DNA of 64,000 nt from Protoeuglena noctilucae (Eukaryota): assembly GCA_958009085.1 (NCBI GenBank), contig OY253683.1, positions 310,001 through 374,000 on the forward strand. Reading direction: 5' to 3'. Position numbers and translations under genes: made by a program. Numbering within the stretch: the stretch's first letter is position 1; each line of letters opens with the position of its first letter. Under the pieces are notes generated by a model, which did not search any database, was not told the DNA's origin, and saw only the letters and a list, made by a program, of their open reading frames with translations. Positions 11,554 through 23,300 of this stretch are shown piece by piece.

Positions 11554-13387
11554 ATGATCGCTGCTCGCGCGTCGGTGCAGGCCCCCGTGGCCTCCAAGCA
11601 GGCCTCGCGCCGTGCTGTGGTGCGTCCCGGCGTCGCGCGGGCGGGGCCGACCGGCCGAGGCTGCGCGTTTCGATCGCAGCGCCTCGGTTTGATGCCTACT
11701 CGCTCGCCGCAGCGCCCCGCCGAGGCCCCAGCGCGCGATGCTATCCGTTTCGCTCGAGCAGCGGGATCCGACCCCGGGCCCCGGCCGGTCCGGTCCCCCG
11801 CGCTCGGTTCCGGCCGGGAGGGGGCCGGATTCGCTTTATTTTACTCGGCGCGGGCGTCCCGCGCCCTGCTCGGCCCGGGCCAGGCCCCCCGAGCGAGGAC
11901 CGACTCCCCGCCCGCTCCCTGCGCGCAGGCCGCGGCCGCCTTCAAGCCGGAGCAGGCCGCCGCCGCTTTCCTCGCGTCTGCCGTCGTTGCGTGGTCCGCG
12001 CAGGCCTCCCTCACGTACGACCAGATCCAGGGCCTGACGTACCTCCAGGTGCGCTGCCCTGGCCGCCGATGCGCGCTCCTCCGGCTGCGGTCGGATCAAT
12101 TCGTGACCATCGGTGCCCGATGCGGCGCGGCGGGGGCGCCTGCGCCCCGTGGGGGAAGCGCGCTGCGCAGGATTCAGGCCGTTGTGATCTTCGGCCCCCT
12201 CGCCATCCGCGCCGCGCTGGGTCCCCCCCGCCGATCCCACCGCGGAACCTATCGCAATTCGCGCCTCCTCTTGGGCGCGCGACATCTCGCGCGCCGGGGA
12301 CGAGCTCCGACGGCCCCCCCCTGCAGGTCAAGGGCTCGGGCCTGGCCAACACCTGCCCCATCATCGAGGCCGGCACGACCGACATCTCGAAGATCCCCGC
12401 GGGCAACTACACCTTCGACAAGTTCTGCCTTGAGCCCACTTCGTTCAAGGCGAGGGCGCATGCGCGCAGCCGCCCAGGGTGGCTCGCGGCGGGGGCGGCC
12501 CGTGGGTCGGGACACTCCTCGATGCTGCGGGCTCGGGGAGAGCGAGCGCCCTGCGAGCGCGCGGCCGCTGCTGCTGCCCGCCAGCCGACAGACCCAGAGC
12601 GCGGATGTCGCTGCCCGCTATGCAGGTCAAGGAGGAGTCCCAGTTTAAGGGCAAGGGCTCGGAGTTCGTCGACACCAAGCTGATGACCCGCCTGACGTAC
12701 ACGCTGGAGCAGATGTCCGGCAAGATGTCGATCAGCGGCAACCAGGTCAAGTTCGTGGAGGAGGACGGCATCGACTACGCCCCCGTGACGGTCCAGCTGG
12801 CCGGTGGCGAGCGCGTGCCCTTCCTGTTCACGGTCAAGGTGCGCCCGGGTCCAGCCCGGCCGCGCGCCCGCGCGCGGACGGCTCCACGGCTGGCGTGACG
12901 CGCCCCGCTCCTCGCCCGCGCCTTCAGGAGCTGAACGCCTCGGGCTCGCTCGACAACTTCGGCGGCGAGTTCAAGGTGCCCTCGTACCGTGGCTCGTCCT
13001 TCCTGGACCCCAAGGGCCGCGGCGCCTCGACGGGCTACGACACGGCGGTGGCTCTGCCCGCCGCTGGCGACGCGGAGGAGCTGGCTAAGGAGAACAACAA
13101 GAGCGCGGCTGGCAGCAAGGGCACCATGGTGCTCTCGACGGCCAAGTACGACCCCACCATGGGGGAGATCGCGGGCGTGTTCGAGTCCGTGCAGCCCTCC
13201 GACACGGACCTGGGTGCCAAGGTGCGGGCGGGGGCCGGGACGCGCGGCGCGGTGCATGGCTCGCGACGCACGGCGTTTTGCCCGTCGTGCGCGCCCGCGA
13301 AGGGTCGCGAGGCTCCTCCCTGGCACGCAGGCGCCCAAGGATGTGAAGATCACGGGCCTGTGGTACGCTCGCCTGACCAAGGCGTGA
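11554..13387 (+). CDS. PSBO: Photosystem II oxygen-evolving enhancer protein 1 precursor, multi-exon
   Basis: [113 protein letters not shown]; bipartite transit peptide. Confidence 0.98.
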
Positions 13388-14165
13388 GCGCCGGCCAAGC
13401 TGTGTCGTCGCGCTAGCGCGCTCTTCCTCCGGCTGCGATGAGGTGTTGGGGTGGCCAGCGGACAGGGGGGTGTCCGCTCGGCGGGGCGTCGAGGTCGGTG
13501 GCGGGGCCGCATGTTGCCGTGTCTCTTGAAAATAACTGTCTTTTGAAGTTGTAGGCCCAAGACGTGGCGAAATCGTCGACGCGCGCCACGTGGCGGCCAT
13601 TTGATCTGGCGCCAGGGCGGCCCTTGGCGGGAAGCCTGAGGGACCATGAGTCCCGAGGCGTCGAAAGAATCGTCTGTCGCGTTGCGAATTTTGCAGATAT
13701 ACCTCGCAGGCAGCTGTCCTGGCCCCTCGGCCCGATCACATCTCAGCGAGCATTTGGCGGGTGTAGGCGACGCGTTGTCCCCAGGGGCGGCCGGGTATCT
13801 GCGATAGAGGACGTGGACAGTTCCTCGGCGCCCTCTCGCCGCGGCAGGCGGCGCCACTCGCGCTTCCCTGCTTGGGGGCACTACGGGGCGCCCCCCGTGC
13901 CCTGAGGCGGGCTGGACATGTCCAGGCGAGGAGGGGCCCCGCGCATGACACGCAGAGGACCTGTCGCAACGGCAGCGGGGTCGTGCGCAGGCATACAACG
14001 ACGGGCGGCGACGCGGGGGGGCTGTAACAACCACGTGCGGATCGTAGTGCGGGCTTTCCGCCGCTGGGCGCTTCACGGGCGCCGTTACTCCTCCGCAGGT
14101 CCTCAGACCGCGGTAGCGCCGCGGCGGACAGCGTGACTTCCCAGAGGTCCCGCACTCTCGCTGCC

Positions 14166-17100
14166 ATGCGCGCGGCCGACCGCGACCTGCTGCTCCGCTA
14201 CCACGGTGAGCCTCGCTGGCCGCATCCCGCCCTGCTCCGCTCCTCTCTAACACCTCAAACTTCATCCCGGCTCGGTGCGCCTCGCAGACAGCGACGAGTC
14301 GTTCGACGCGGGCCCCGCGCGCACGTACGGGCAGACGTCCTTCACGAGGTCGGTGCAGGACACTGAGCAGCTGTCCTTCGCCCGGCAGATACGCTCGGCG
14401 CACCGGGACGTCCTCGCCGCCGCGGCCGGCACGTACGACGCGAGCGGCACGTACGCATCACCCTCGCGCCCGGCCGTGACGAGAGGCTCTCAGTCCTCCC
14501 GTGCACTCCTGACCTCCAACGGCGGTGGATCCGCTCGCTCCCTCCTCTCGCCGGGACAGGCCTCCGCGGCCCTCGCCACCTCCGCCCTCGTGCCCTCCTC
14601 CCGGAGCTACCGCACCCTTCGCCAGGGCGAGTCGGCCTCCGTCACGCCCGCCCGCGCACCGGAGCCCGCCGTCCGCCCGCAGCCCACCTCGACGCGCAGT
14701 CTCTCGAGCTTCGCCCCGCCCGATACCGAGTCGTGGCGCGCAGGGTGGCCCGGGTACCGGGGAGAGGGCCTGGAGGACCGTCCCCGGTGAGACGTCAAGG
14801 GGCGGCCTTGGCTGTGCGAGGCCGGCAGTCGTAGCAGCCCCCGGGAACGCCAGCGCCGACCGTCTACCATCGCAGGGCGGCAAGGACGCTGGACTTCGCC
14901 AGGCGGGGTTTGCAGGACGGAGGGGCGGACGTGGCGGGCAGCTCCCTGACGACCGTGACGTTGACGGCGGACGGGTCGGACCCGCGCGGGACGCCCAGCC
15001 GCGCGGATTCCTCTGCGGCGCGGGTCACCCCTGCGACCCCGACCCTCCCCAGGAGCCCCCTGGTGCCGCCCTTTGCGCGGCTCGACTCGTCGGCCAACTA
15101 CGAGGCCGTGGCGAGCGCGGCGGGGGAGCTCTTCAGCCGCGACAACGCTCCGCGGGAGCACGTGCTGCTCTCCGACGGCGGCACCATCCGCATGCGTCGC
15201 AACGACGTCTTCCAGGAGAACCCCGCGGCCGCCAGCCCCGGCACAGACGGGGCACTGCTGACCGTCAGCCCCATCAAAGCCCCGGCCCCGCCGGCCTTCA
15301 CCCCCGTCAACATCCCGACCCCGACGCCCGTGAGTCCCATCAAAGCCTCGACTTCGCCGGCCGTCAGCCCCATCAAGTCTCGGGTGCGATGGCCGGCCGC
15401 GCTTGGGAGCTCCTTGCCGCCCGCGGCGTGTGACCCGCCAAACGCCCACGCCCTCCCGGATGCCGCGCCCGCAGGTGGACCGCGTGCCCACGGGGCTGCC
15501 CGCGCCGTCCGACGGCCCCATCGGGGCGCCTCTGCTGTCCAACAACTCCGGCAGCACTGACACCGACCTGGAGCCGGCAGGGGCTTCGTACGCGGCCCCT
15601 CCTGCTCCAGCCACCCGACCCTCTCCGGTCAAGTCCGTCCAGCGCGTAGACACCCTCGACATGCGGGGATTCCCGACCAAGGAGCCCCGCCCTGTCCCCC
15701 CGGAGGCTCCGCCTGCATCCGCGGCCCCACCGCCCGCGGTCGCGAAGGCCGTCCCGAGCCCCGCCAAACCGCCCCTGAGGCCGGGAGCGCAGCGTCTGGA
15801 CACCGTGGATATGCGGCATTTCGTTATGGAGGACCGTGGGGCGAGGCAGGGGCAGGCAGCAACGCAGGGAGCCGTTGCCAGGGCTGGCGCCCCGGCGACG
15901 GCGGCGGCGCGGGCAGAGGCGCCGGCCGGGCCGGTGACGGAGATCACGCCGCAGGAGTCGCGCCCGGACTCCGCTGCTGCCAAGGCGGGGTTGCCGGAGC
16001 AGCCCAGGGCGGGGCTGGATGCGCCCTCTCGTGTGCCGGACGTGCCCTCTCGGGTATCAGATGCACCCTCTCGGGTGCCGGACGTGCCCCCTCGCGTGCC
16101 GGGCCAGTCGGGCCCCGACTGGCGCCCCTTGCTGGCGGAAGGCTTCGGGAAGAAGGCGGACCGAGCGCCATCCCGATTGGGAGCCGGGCAGGTGCGGGGA
16201 TGGGCTCAGCTTCTGACTGCTGCCTGTGGCATTGACCGAGGTCCTTTCATTGACGGTCTCCAGTTCCCCTTGCACCCGCAGCGGGCCTCGGTCGCCCCTC
16301 CCATCGACCCCAAACCTGCCGAGGTGGCACCCACGGCCCTGACCTTTTTCACATCGGACGGCGAGGCGGTTGGTGCAAGCAACGGGGCGGCCACGAAGGA
16401 ACAGGACGCAGGGGACGGTGGCCGGAGCACAGAGGACCAAGCCAAGCGCTTGGCGGCCGGCCTCAACGGACCACCTCAGCCAAATGGCCTGGCTCATAAG
16501 GGCGAGCCAGGCTCCGCCGTCGATCGCAAAGCGAGCCCGCTTTTCGGGAGGGCCCTGCGGTGGGGCTCCCTTTTCGCGAGGGCCGGGGCACTGACCGTGG
16601 TGGCGTGCGCCGTGGTGGCGTTCGCTTACGGAGTCGTGGCCTGTCACTGGGGACTGGCGGGCAGCGGCGTCCTGGCCCGATACCCGGGTCTCTGTCCCCC
16701 GGAGCACTTCGTGGCGCCTTACCTCGAGGCAGCCTCTGCGGCCACCCAGCGCGTCACGGGCGCAGCGGGGCCGGCCCCCGCAGCCCCGGCGGCCGCGCCC
16801 GCACACCGGGCGTCCCACAAGCAGCCCGCGGCCACAGCCGCAGCTTCCCTGGCAGCCTGGGCCGCCCCTGTGCTGCCGGTCGCCGGGGAGGTGTGCGCGA
16901 GGTCCACAGCATCGGCGGCCTACGCAGCCGGGTGGCCCCTGCGAGCCCTCGACGCCTCGGGGGTCACCGTCGTCAAGGACGGCCTCGTGCGCGCCGGCCT
17001 GAAGCCGCCCTTCTTCTGGCAGGTCCCGTCGCCCCCCGCGCCCGCGCCCACGCTCGCCCAGCGGCTCGTGGCGGTCCTCGCCTCCCCCGCTGCCGCGGCG

Positions 17101-18558
17101 GCGGCGATCGTCTCCCGGGTCCGCCGCCCCACCGCCTGGGACGCCGCGTTCGTCGCCGTCGCCGGGATCGTCGCTGCGGTGGTGGCGGCGCGGGTGCGCG
17201 ACGGTGATGCGTGGCGCCATCGCTCGCCCGCGGAGCGCGCTGCCCACGTGGCGTCGTTCGCGGGCATGGCCGGTGGCACGGGCATCCGCGAGGCGGTGGC
17301 GTTGCTGTCCTCGGCCGCCTCCAGCGGCGTGGCGATGGGGGCCGTGGCTGCAGTGGCAGCCGCCCTGACGACGGCCGCACGGCTGTGCCTGGCCGCAGTT
17401 CTGGCTGTGGCCCTGACCATGACAGGTGAGGCGACAGCGTGGCAGCCGCTGCCTGCTTGACCGGGAAGCAGGACCTGGCCTTGTTAACTGGCCCACCTCA
17501 ACATAGCTCTGGGTCCCGCGCCCGCAGTTACGGTGATCAACGCCTTCGTGGCCCTGCTGCTGCCCCTCTTCCGTCGTTGGCCCGGCCCCGCGCTCGGCTA
17601 CGCCTGGATCCACGCCTTTGCCTGGACGCTCGACCTTGGCTGCGTCCCGGACGTCGCGGACTCCATCGCAGCGCGGTTCGCCGGGCTCGAAGGTGAGGGA
17701 CGGCACCTGTCAGTGGGGTCTCACCCCTCGCCTTTTTATAGATCTTAAATCTTAGCGAAAAATGACACGCAGCCTGTGACTCTCGTGTGATTCACTGAAG
17801 CCAACCCGTACCCGGCACCTGCCCTTGCTGCGCTATGACGGTGTCAATCGTGCTTGCTCGTCCCGCAGAGGTCGGGGACTCGGACGAAGACACGTACCCG
17901 GAGTCCCACACGACGCGGTCCACTGGGCACACGGCGGCCCTCGCGAGGCTCCAGTCGGACGCGGCGAGTCCCCGGCGGGCGTCCCCCACGGCATCGCCCA
18001 TGTCTCTGGACGCCGTGACGCCCGCGAGGGTGCCGTCCTACGCGGCACAGGCGCAGAGGAACACGTTGCCCCGCGCGCACAGCAGGGAGCTGCAGCAGCT
18101 GCAGGTGAGGGTGTGGGCGGGCGCGGGTCTGTTGCATCCGGGATGCCGGCGCGCCCGCGTGCGGGGCTCTGGGGGACGGTTGGGCGCTGCCGCGCGCGGT
18201 GTGATGTAGTAATAGCTCGCGCTCGCAGGGTTGGGGCAGCGGCGCGTCCGCGGGGCAGGCGGGCCCGTCCCTGCTCCAGCAACTGAGCATGGGCTTGGCG
18301 CGGGCCATGAGCGGCGTGGGGATGGGCGGCGAGGGCGATGGCGGGGCCCTTGACGCAGCGCGGGGCGCGCAGGACGAGAAGATGGGCAAGCAGATCAGCT
18401 GGATGGGCCTCCGGTCGCGGATGCTGGTGCGCATGCAGACGGCCCCGCGGGGTATGGACCAGTTGATCAATTTCCACTGGCTCCGCAACCGCACCGTGGC
18501 GTACGAGGTGGACGGCGAGGCCCTCCCGGACCAGTTGCCGGCCAAGAGCCCGATATAA
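14166..18558 (+). CDS. Large hypothetical membrane protein: Pro/Ser/Ala-rich disordered N-half plus several hydrophobic helices, about eight exons
   Basis: Coding-like ORF pieces (14275, 14910, 15403, 17533, 17835, 18289) can be linked by GT-AG introns. TM-like stretches include ALTVVACAVVAFAYGVVA, AAFVAVAGIVAAVVA and LCLAAVLAVAL. TAA at 18556-18558. Confidence 0.6.
16018..16101 (+). repeat. Coding 21-nt tandem repeat x4 (DAPSRVP/DVPSRVS/DAPSRVP/DVPPRVP)
   Basis: Visible in both the DNA and the translation of ORF 15403-17460. Confidence 0.85.
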
Positions 18559-18602
18559 GGTAGTCCTAGAGCATAGCTAGATTAGTGGCCGGCCATGGCG
18601 CA

Positions 18603-18660
18603 ATAGCAGTCCTTCGTTTAATTTCAACAGTCCATAGCAGTCTTTCGTTCAACCTTCAGC
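18603..18660. repeat. Short intergenic direct repeat ATAGCAGTCYTTCGTT, 31-nt period
   Basis: atagcagtccttcgtttaatttcaac (18603) and atagcagtctttcgttcaaccttcagc (18634). Confidence 0.7.
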
Positions 18661-18794
18661 GGAATAGATCACGAGCGGGACGATTGAGCCGTGGGTTCGC
18701 GGGGCTCAATGCCCCGAAGGTGGCTGCAGGCGGGTGCCTGCAGTGGCGCAGCGCTTGATGCAGTCGCATCGCGAGTCCCCGCGGGCAGTCCTGA

Positions 18795-18802
18795 TATAAA
18801 TA
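18795..18802 (+). promoter_or_regulatory. Candidate TATA box (TATAAATA) upstream of the secreted-protein gene
   Basis: Canonical TATAAA in GC-rich DNA about 130 nt upstream of ATG 18933; positional inference only. Confidence 0.4.
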
Positions 18803-18932
18803 CGAATCATCTGAGCATGCTACGACATTTGCAGGGTACTTCAAAAGGGCGCGCGTGTCGCCAGCAACCTGAGCACGTTTCGCCGTGTGTGCGATCGCGA
18901 TTGGCGGAATCTGCGTCCGTTCAGCCCCTGGC

Positions 18933-19914
18933 ATGCCATATATAATCTCTCGGGTGGCGTTTGCGGCCCCCCTGGCGGTGCTTCTGCTGCAGGGACTCGC
19001 GTGGCGGGGCCTCGGGCAAGGCGACCTGCAAAACTCGATCGCGGTGAACGACCCGTCGCACAAAGTCAGCTCTGGCCAGGAGAATGTGAAAGGAGGAGTC
19101 ACGGGCTTCCTGAGCAGCAACGCTGCAGCCGCGGGTGACGAGCCGCGCGACCGCGAGCAGCTTCACTCCATCTTGATGCAAGCACTTGCTGCGAGCTCAC
19201 TCAGATCAAACGCTTGGCTTCGCTCGCCGCACCGCAGATGGGGACCATGCCGTCTCCCAGAGCAACTTGGCGTCCTCGGACCAGCAGGGCACGCTGACGA
19301 ATCAGACGCTCGCGGACGCCACGCCGGCCCCCACCTACACGCCCTCGCCATACCTGGTAGTGAACGCGATGCAGTGGCTGATGGAGCGCCGCAGGACCCC
19401 GCCGCCTCCCCCGAGCGGCCTCGCGATCATCCAGAGCAACGTCAGCGAGGGGACCGCCAACGCCGCCAACGAAGCCAGCCTGACAGCGGGAGGCAAGGCC
19501 GACGTGATGCAACTCAACAGCGCCGGCCCTGGCTCGGCCGCGCAGCAGGACAATCAGCTCACTGCAGACAGGTGCGAGGTGTTGTTCTAGCAACGGCGCT
19601 GTGCGACCCTGCCAGCCACCGTAACAGTTGCTGCCACCGTGACAGCCTGCCCTGACGAGAGACCTGCACGTCGCCATTCGCGCAGCATCAAGAACGACCC
19701 CACGGTGGCGCTCCAGATGAACATGTCGAGCGGGGGCGACAACTCCATGGCCAACAGCATCCCTGGCGCCCAGGGCGGCGTGCTGCAGATGAATCTGGAG
19801 GGCCGCGATGGCAAGACCATGACGCTGCAGCTCCAGGCGCCTCTGTCCAACAACGGGCAGAAGCCCGACGCAGTGTACGTCATTCCCCGGTCTCGGCGTC
19901 TGCTGCTGACGTAG
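18933..19914 (+). CDS. Secreted Asn/Gln/Ser-rich protein of unknown function, three exons
   Basis: Signal-peptide-like MPYIISRVAFAAPLAVLLLQGLAWRGLG. GT-AG introns join ORFs 18885, 19186 and 19639 in frame. Ends ...PRSRRLLLT*. Confidence 0.7.
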
Positions 19915-20324
19915 GCTGCGACCTTCGAGGTGCACTGTTGTTCAGTAAATGTGTCACGACACTTGGCGTGCGTGCTCGTGGCTTCACATGCGTGACCTGA
20001 GGCAGGTCGTCTCAACTCATGCCCACTAGGGCGACGGACAGTGATAGCAAGTGTTGGAAGGGAAGGACATGCGGGAGATGAGAGAAACGGAAAAGCTCAC
20101 AAAGCTCACATCGCATCGTGCTGGCTCGTGTCACATAGACATCTCAGCATGCGAAAGCGTCGCGACCTGCTCGCCACGCATCACTAGTCGCAAGCGGAAA
20201 AGGACCTCCCAAAGGGAAGCAAGCATGACCTGCTCATGTCCACGAGACGCAAACACAGTCTCGTATGAAGGAGACCAGCTGTCAGCTCTGGCACGGGCCT
20301 GTGGGGTCTGGTGGTCGTCGGCGC

Positions 20325-23300
20325 CTACCCAGCCGTGGGCGTCCGGCTATGCCGCCCCCGCCGCGGCGACTGCCCCGGCCCAGGCGACCCGTGGCCCAGC
20401 ATGCCGTCCTCCGCATCCACGGGCGGGGTGCGCCGCCAGTGCCCGTGCCCGGCCGCTGCGTCCAGGTCTTTGCGCGTCACGATGCCAACCACGTGGTTCT
20501 GCGCGTCCACCACGCACAGGTGGCGCAGGCCCAGCAGCACGAACGCCTGCGACGGGTGGGCAGGGCGAGGGCGCGTTGGATGGCGTGGGACACAGGCAGA
20601 GGCGGGCGCGGCAGCCTAGATGCGTGCCCAGGGCCAAAGCAGGCATGAGGCGCAGCCAGGAGCGTGCAATGCAGCGTGGCGGTCACCTGGTGGACGCGGA
20701 AGGCGCTGGTCTCTTTGCGGACCGAGAGCGGGGCGCGGTTCATGAAGGGCCGCAGATCCACGTACAGCTCACGCAGTGCTTCGTGCAGCGCGTGGCCCAG
20801 GCTGCTCGACCGGGACAGCGGCACCGAACCCAACCCTGACACGCTCGCACCCGCGCCCTCTCCTTCCCCAGCGCCGTCCCCAGCGGGGGAGTCGTCGTTC
20901 GCCCCAAAGCCAGACATGTCGGCGTGCCTGGGGGCCGCCTCGACCGTACTTGCAGCCCCCGACCACGCCTTCCCTCGCAGCGCCGAGCTCGCGTGCGCGT
21001 GACGAGACCCGGCTCCACCCGCGCCACCCACGCCACCGTCGCCACCCCCGTCGCTGGCGGCTGGCGCGCATGCCTTGAATGTCACCCCCGATGCATCGTC
21101 TGCCCCCTCCGATGTCCCAGACTCTCTCGACTCCTCGGATCCCTCCTTGCGGACGCTCCTCTTAGCCAGCGTGGATGTTAACGTCGATGTCCCTGGCTGC
21201 CCCGCCTCGTGGCCCCCAGGAGTCGCCACCCCGGACATGGTGGTGGGCTGGGGCGTGACCCAGCCGCTCTCGGGGTCCTCCTCGCGGATCGAGTCCATCC
21301 AGTCGACTAACGTCTGTTGAGACGCTGCGAGTGCAAGCTGAGAGATTGTGTGAGGTATGGGAGGGCTTGCGCTGGAAGGGCATTTGTGATGGAAGGGAAT
21401 GTGATGGGAGCAGTCACGCAGCGCTCGGCACCAAGCCCAGGGCATCCATGACCACGCAGCTCAGCTTGCCTGTCATCCAGTCGACGAGGATCGTGTCCAC
21501 TGCCTGGGAGGCCGAGATGAGGTGCCGGCGGTGCTTGAACTTGCGTCGGTAGAACTGCCCCATCTCACGGTCCAGGCGAGCGATGTCCATCGGCGACACC
21601 GACTGCCCATCCACCCTGCAGGTCCAAGGTCAGAGGCGAGGCAGGTGAGAGTTGTCGCAGGTGGGAGTGGCTGATCGGGGAGTTGCTGAGGGATACGGGA
21701 GCTGAGATGCGGTAAGAGAAGCATGAAGTGGGACAACAAGTGTCAAAAGCGCCCACCACCCCGGTACCCGCGCCACCCGCCCCTTCACCAAACCAAACCT
21801 CACCTGCAGAAGGCCTTCTTCTCCAGCAACACAAGGAGCTGGGACCGCAGGATCATGCCCTCGAGGTGCGTGGCGGTGCCCTGGCTGTCGCGCTCAAACA
21901 CGGGGAAGCCGTTGTGGCTGGTGGACCTCAGTGCCCGTATGACGCGCTCGACGGACTCGATGCATCGGAAACCGCGCACGGGCGAGGCCATGACGTCTTC
22001 TGCGGACATGGCCCGCAGCGCACGGGGCGGCTCATGGCGAAGGAAAAACACCGCTCGGTTGCGCTCTATCTCCGACTCGTAGACGCCGTCTGCGTTGAGG
22101 AGGTGGCCGACGAAGCTGGAGACGACCACGGCGATGATGATGCCGATCAAAAAGTCGATGCTGTGGGTGCCCTCGACCACGATGACGACCAGGGAGATGG
22201 ACGAGCGGAAGACGCCACTGGGTGGGGAGAGGGCAGGAGGAGAGGGTTGGGGCGACGATGGGGTGTGAGAGCATGGTGACAGGCGAGGGCAGGAGGAGAG
22301 GGTTGGGGCGAGAGTGAGCGTGACAGGGTGGTGGCAGTCAGGCAAGGCGTGAGGAATGGGTCAGGGCGATGCTGGGGCACAGGCGCTATGGATGGGGCCT
22401 GCGATGAGGGAACATGAGCGCAGCAATGGACCCCGCCAGGCCTTACAGCATCGCCTCACCCGAGCATGGCAATGGATCCCACCAGTACAGCATCGCCTCA
22501 CCCGAGCATAGCAGTGGATCCCACCAGTCCATACAGCCCCGGCTGGATGTCTGTGATGCCGGAGAGGTGGTCTTGCAAAAACATGCCCACGAGTGTCCCG
22601 CCCGCGCCCCCGATCAAGATGGACGGCATGAAGAGGCCGGCAGGGACTGCGGGACCGAGAGCGGGGTGAGTGAGGGCGAGTGCGTGTGAGTGAGGGCGAT
22701 TGCGGGTGCGGGTGGGCGAGTTAGAGCGAGTGAGGGCGAGTGATGAGGGCGATCATCGACTCGCCTGCAGTGCCGGCCGCCAGGGACATCATGAGGAGGT
22801 AGCTGGCCGTGACGAGGGCCAGTGCCCGCTTGCTGAAGAGGCAGCTGGCGGGCGTGCACCGCTCCTTCTTGGGAAGCCCGTCCCCGAGGCTGCGAAGAGA
22901 GAAGAGGCTGGGTGAGCATGAAGTGGTCCACGATAATGTGATACGGTAAGCACACCAATGTAACTTAAGAAGAACGAGACAAGTATCACATTCTAGGACA
23001 GTTGGACAACCAGATGCCTCGGCATCCTTCACCTGTAGAGCTGCCGCACCGTCTCCTCGGGCACCGAGAAGAGGGCCGTGGCGAGGTCGTTTAAGTGACC
23101 CTCCGGGCACCCGAACTGCAGGCCGTAGTCCTTGACCCATGCCTGCTTGCGGGGCACGCAGGTGCCGAAGCGGTAGGACAGGAGGAAGAACACGAGGCAC
23201 GTGACCAGGCCCACCGCCAGGACCTCCAGGATGCGGCGGAGGTGGCTGTGGAGAGGGGCGCGCGTGTGGCTCAGCACGTTCCTGCGGGGGCGCGAGGGAG

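Noticed and set aside
13585..13594. Perfect palindrome GCCACGTGGC (G-box) downstream of PsbO
   Set aside because: A single 10-mer in GC-rich DNA with no positional support.
22229..22527. Spaced repeats resembling a CRISPR array
   Set aside because: Only two or three copies, eukaryotic intronic context, no unique spacers and no cas genes.
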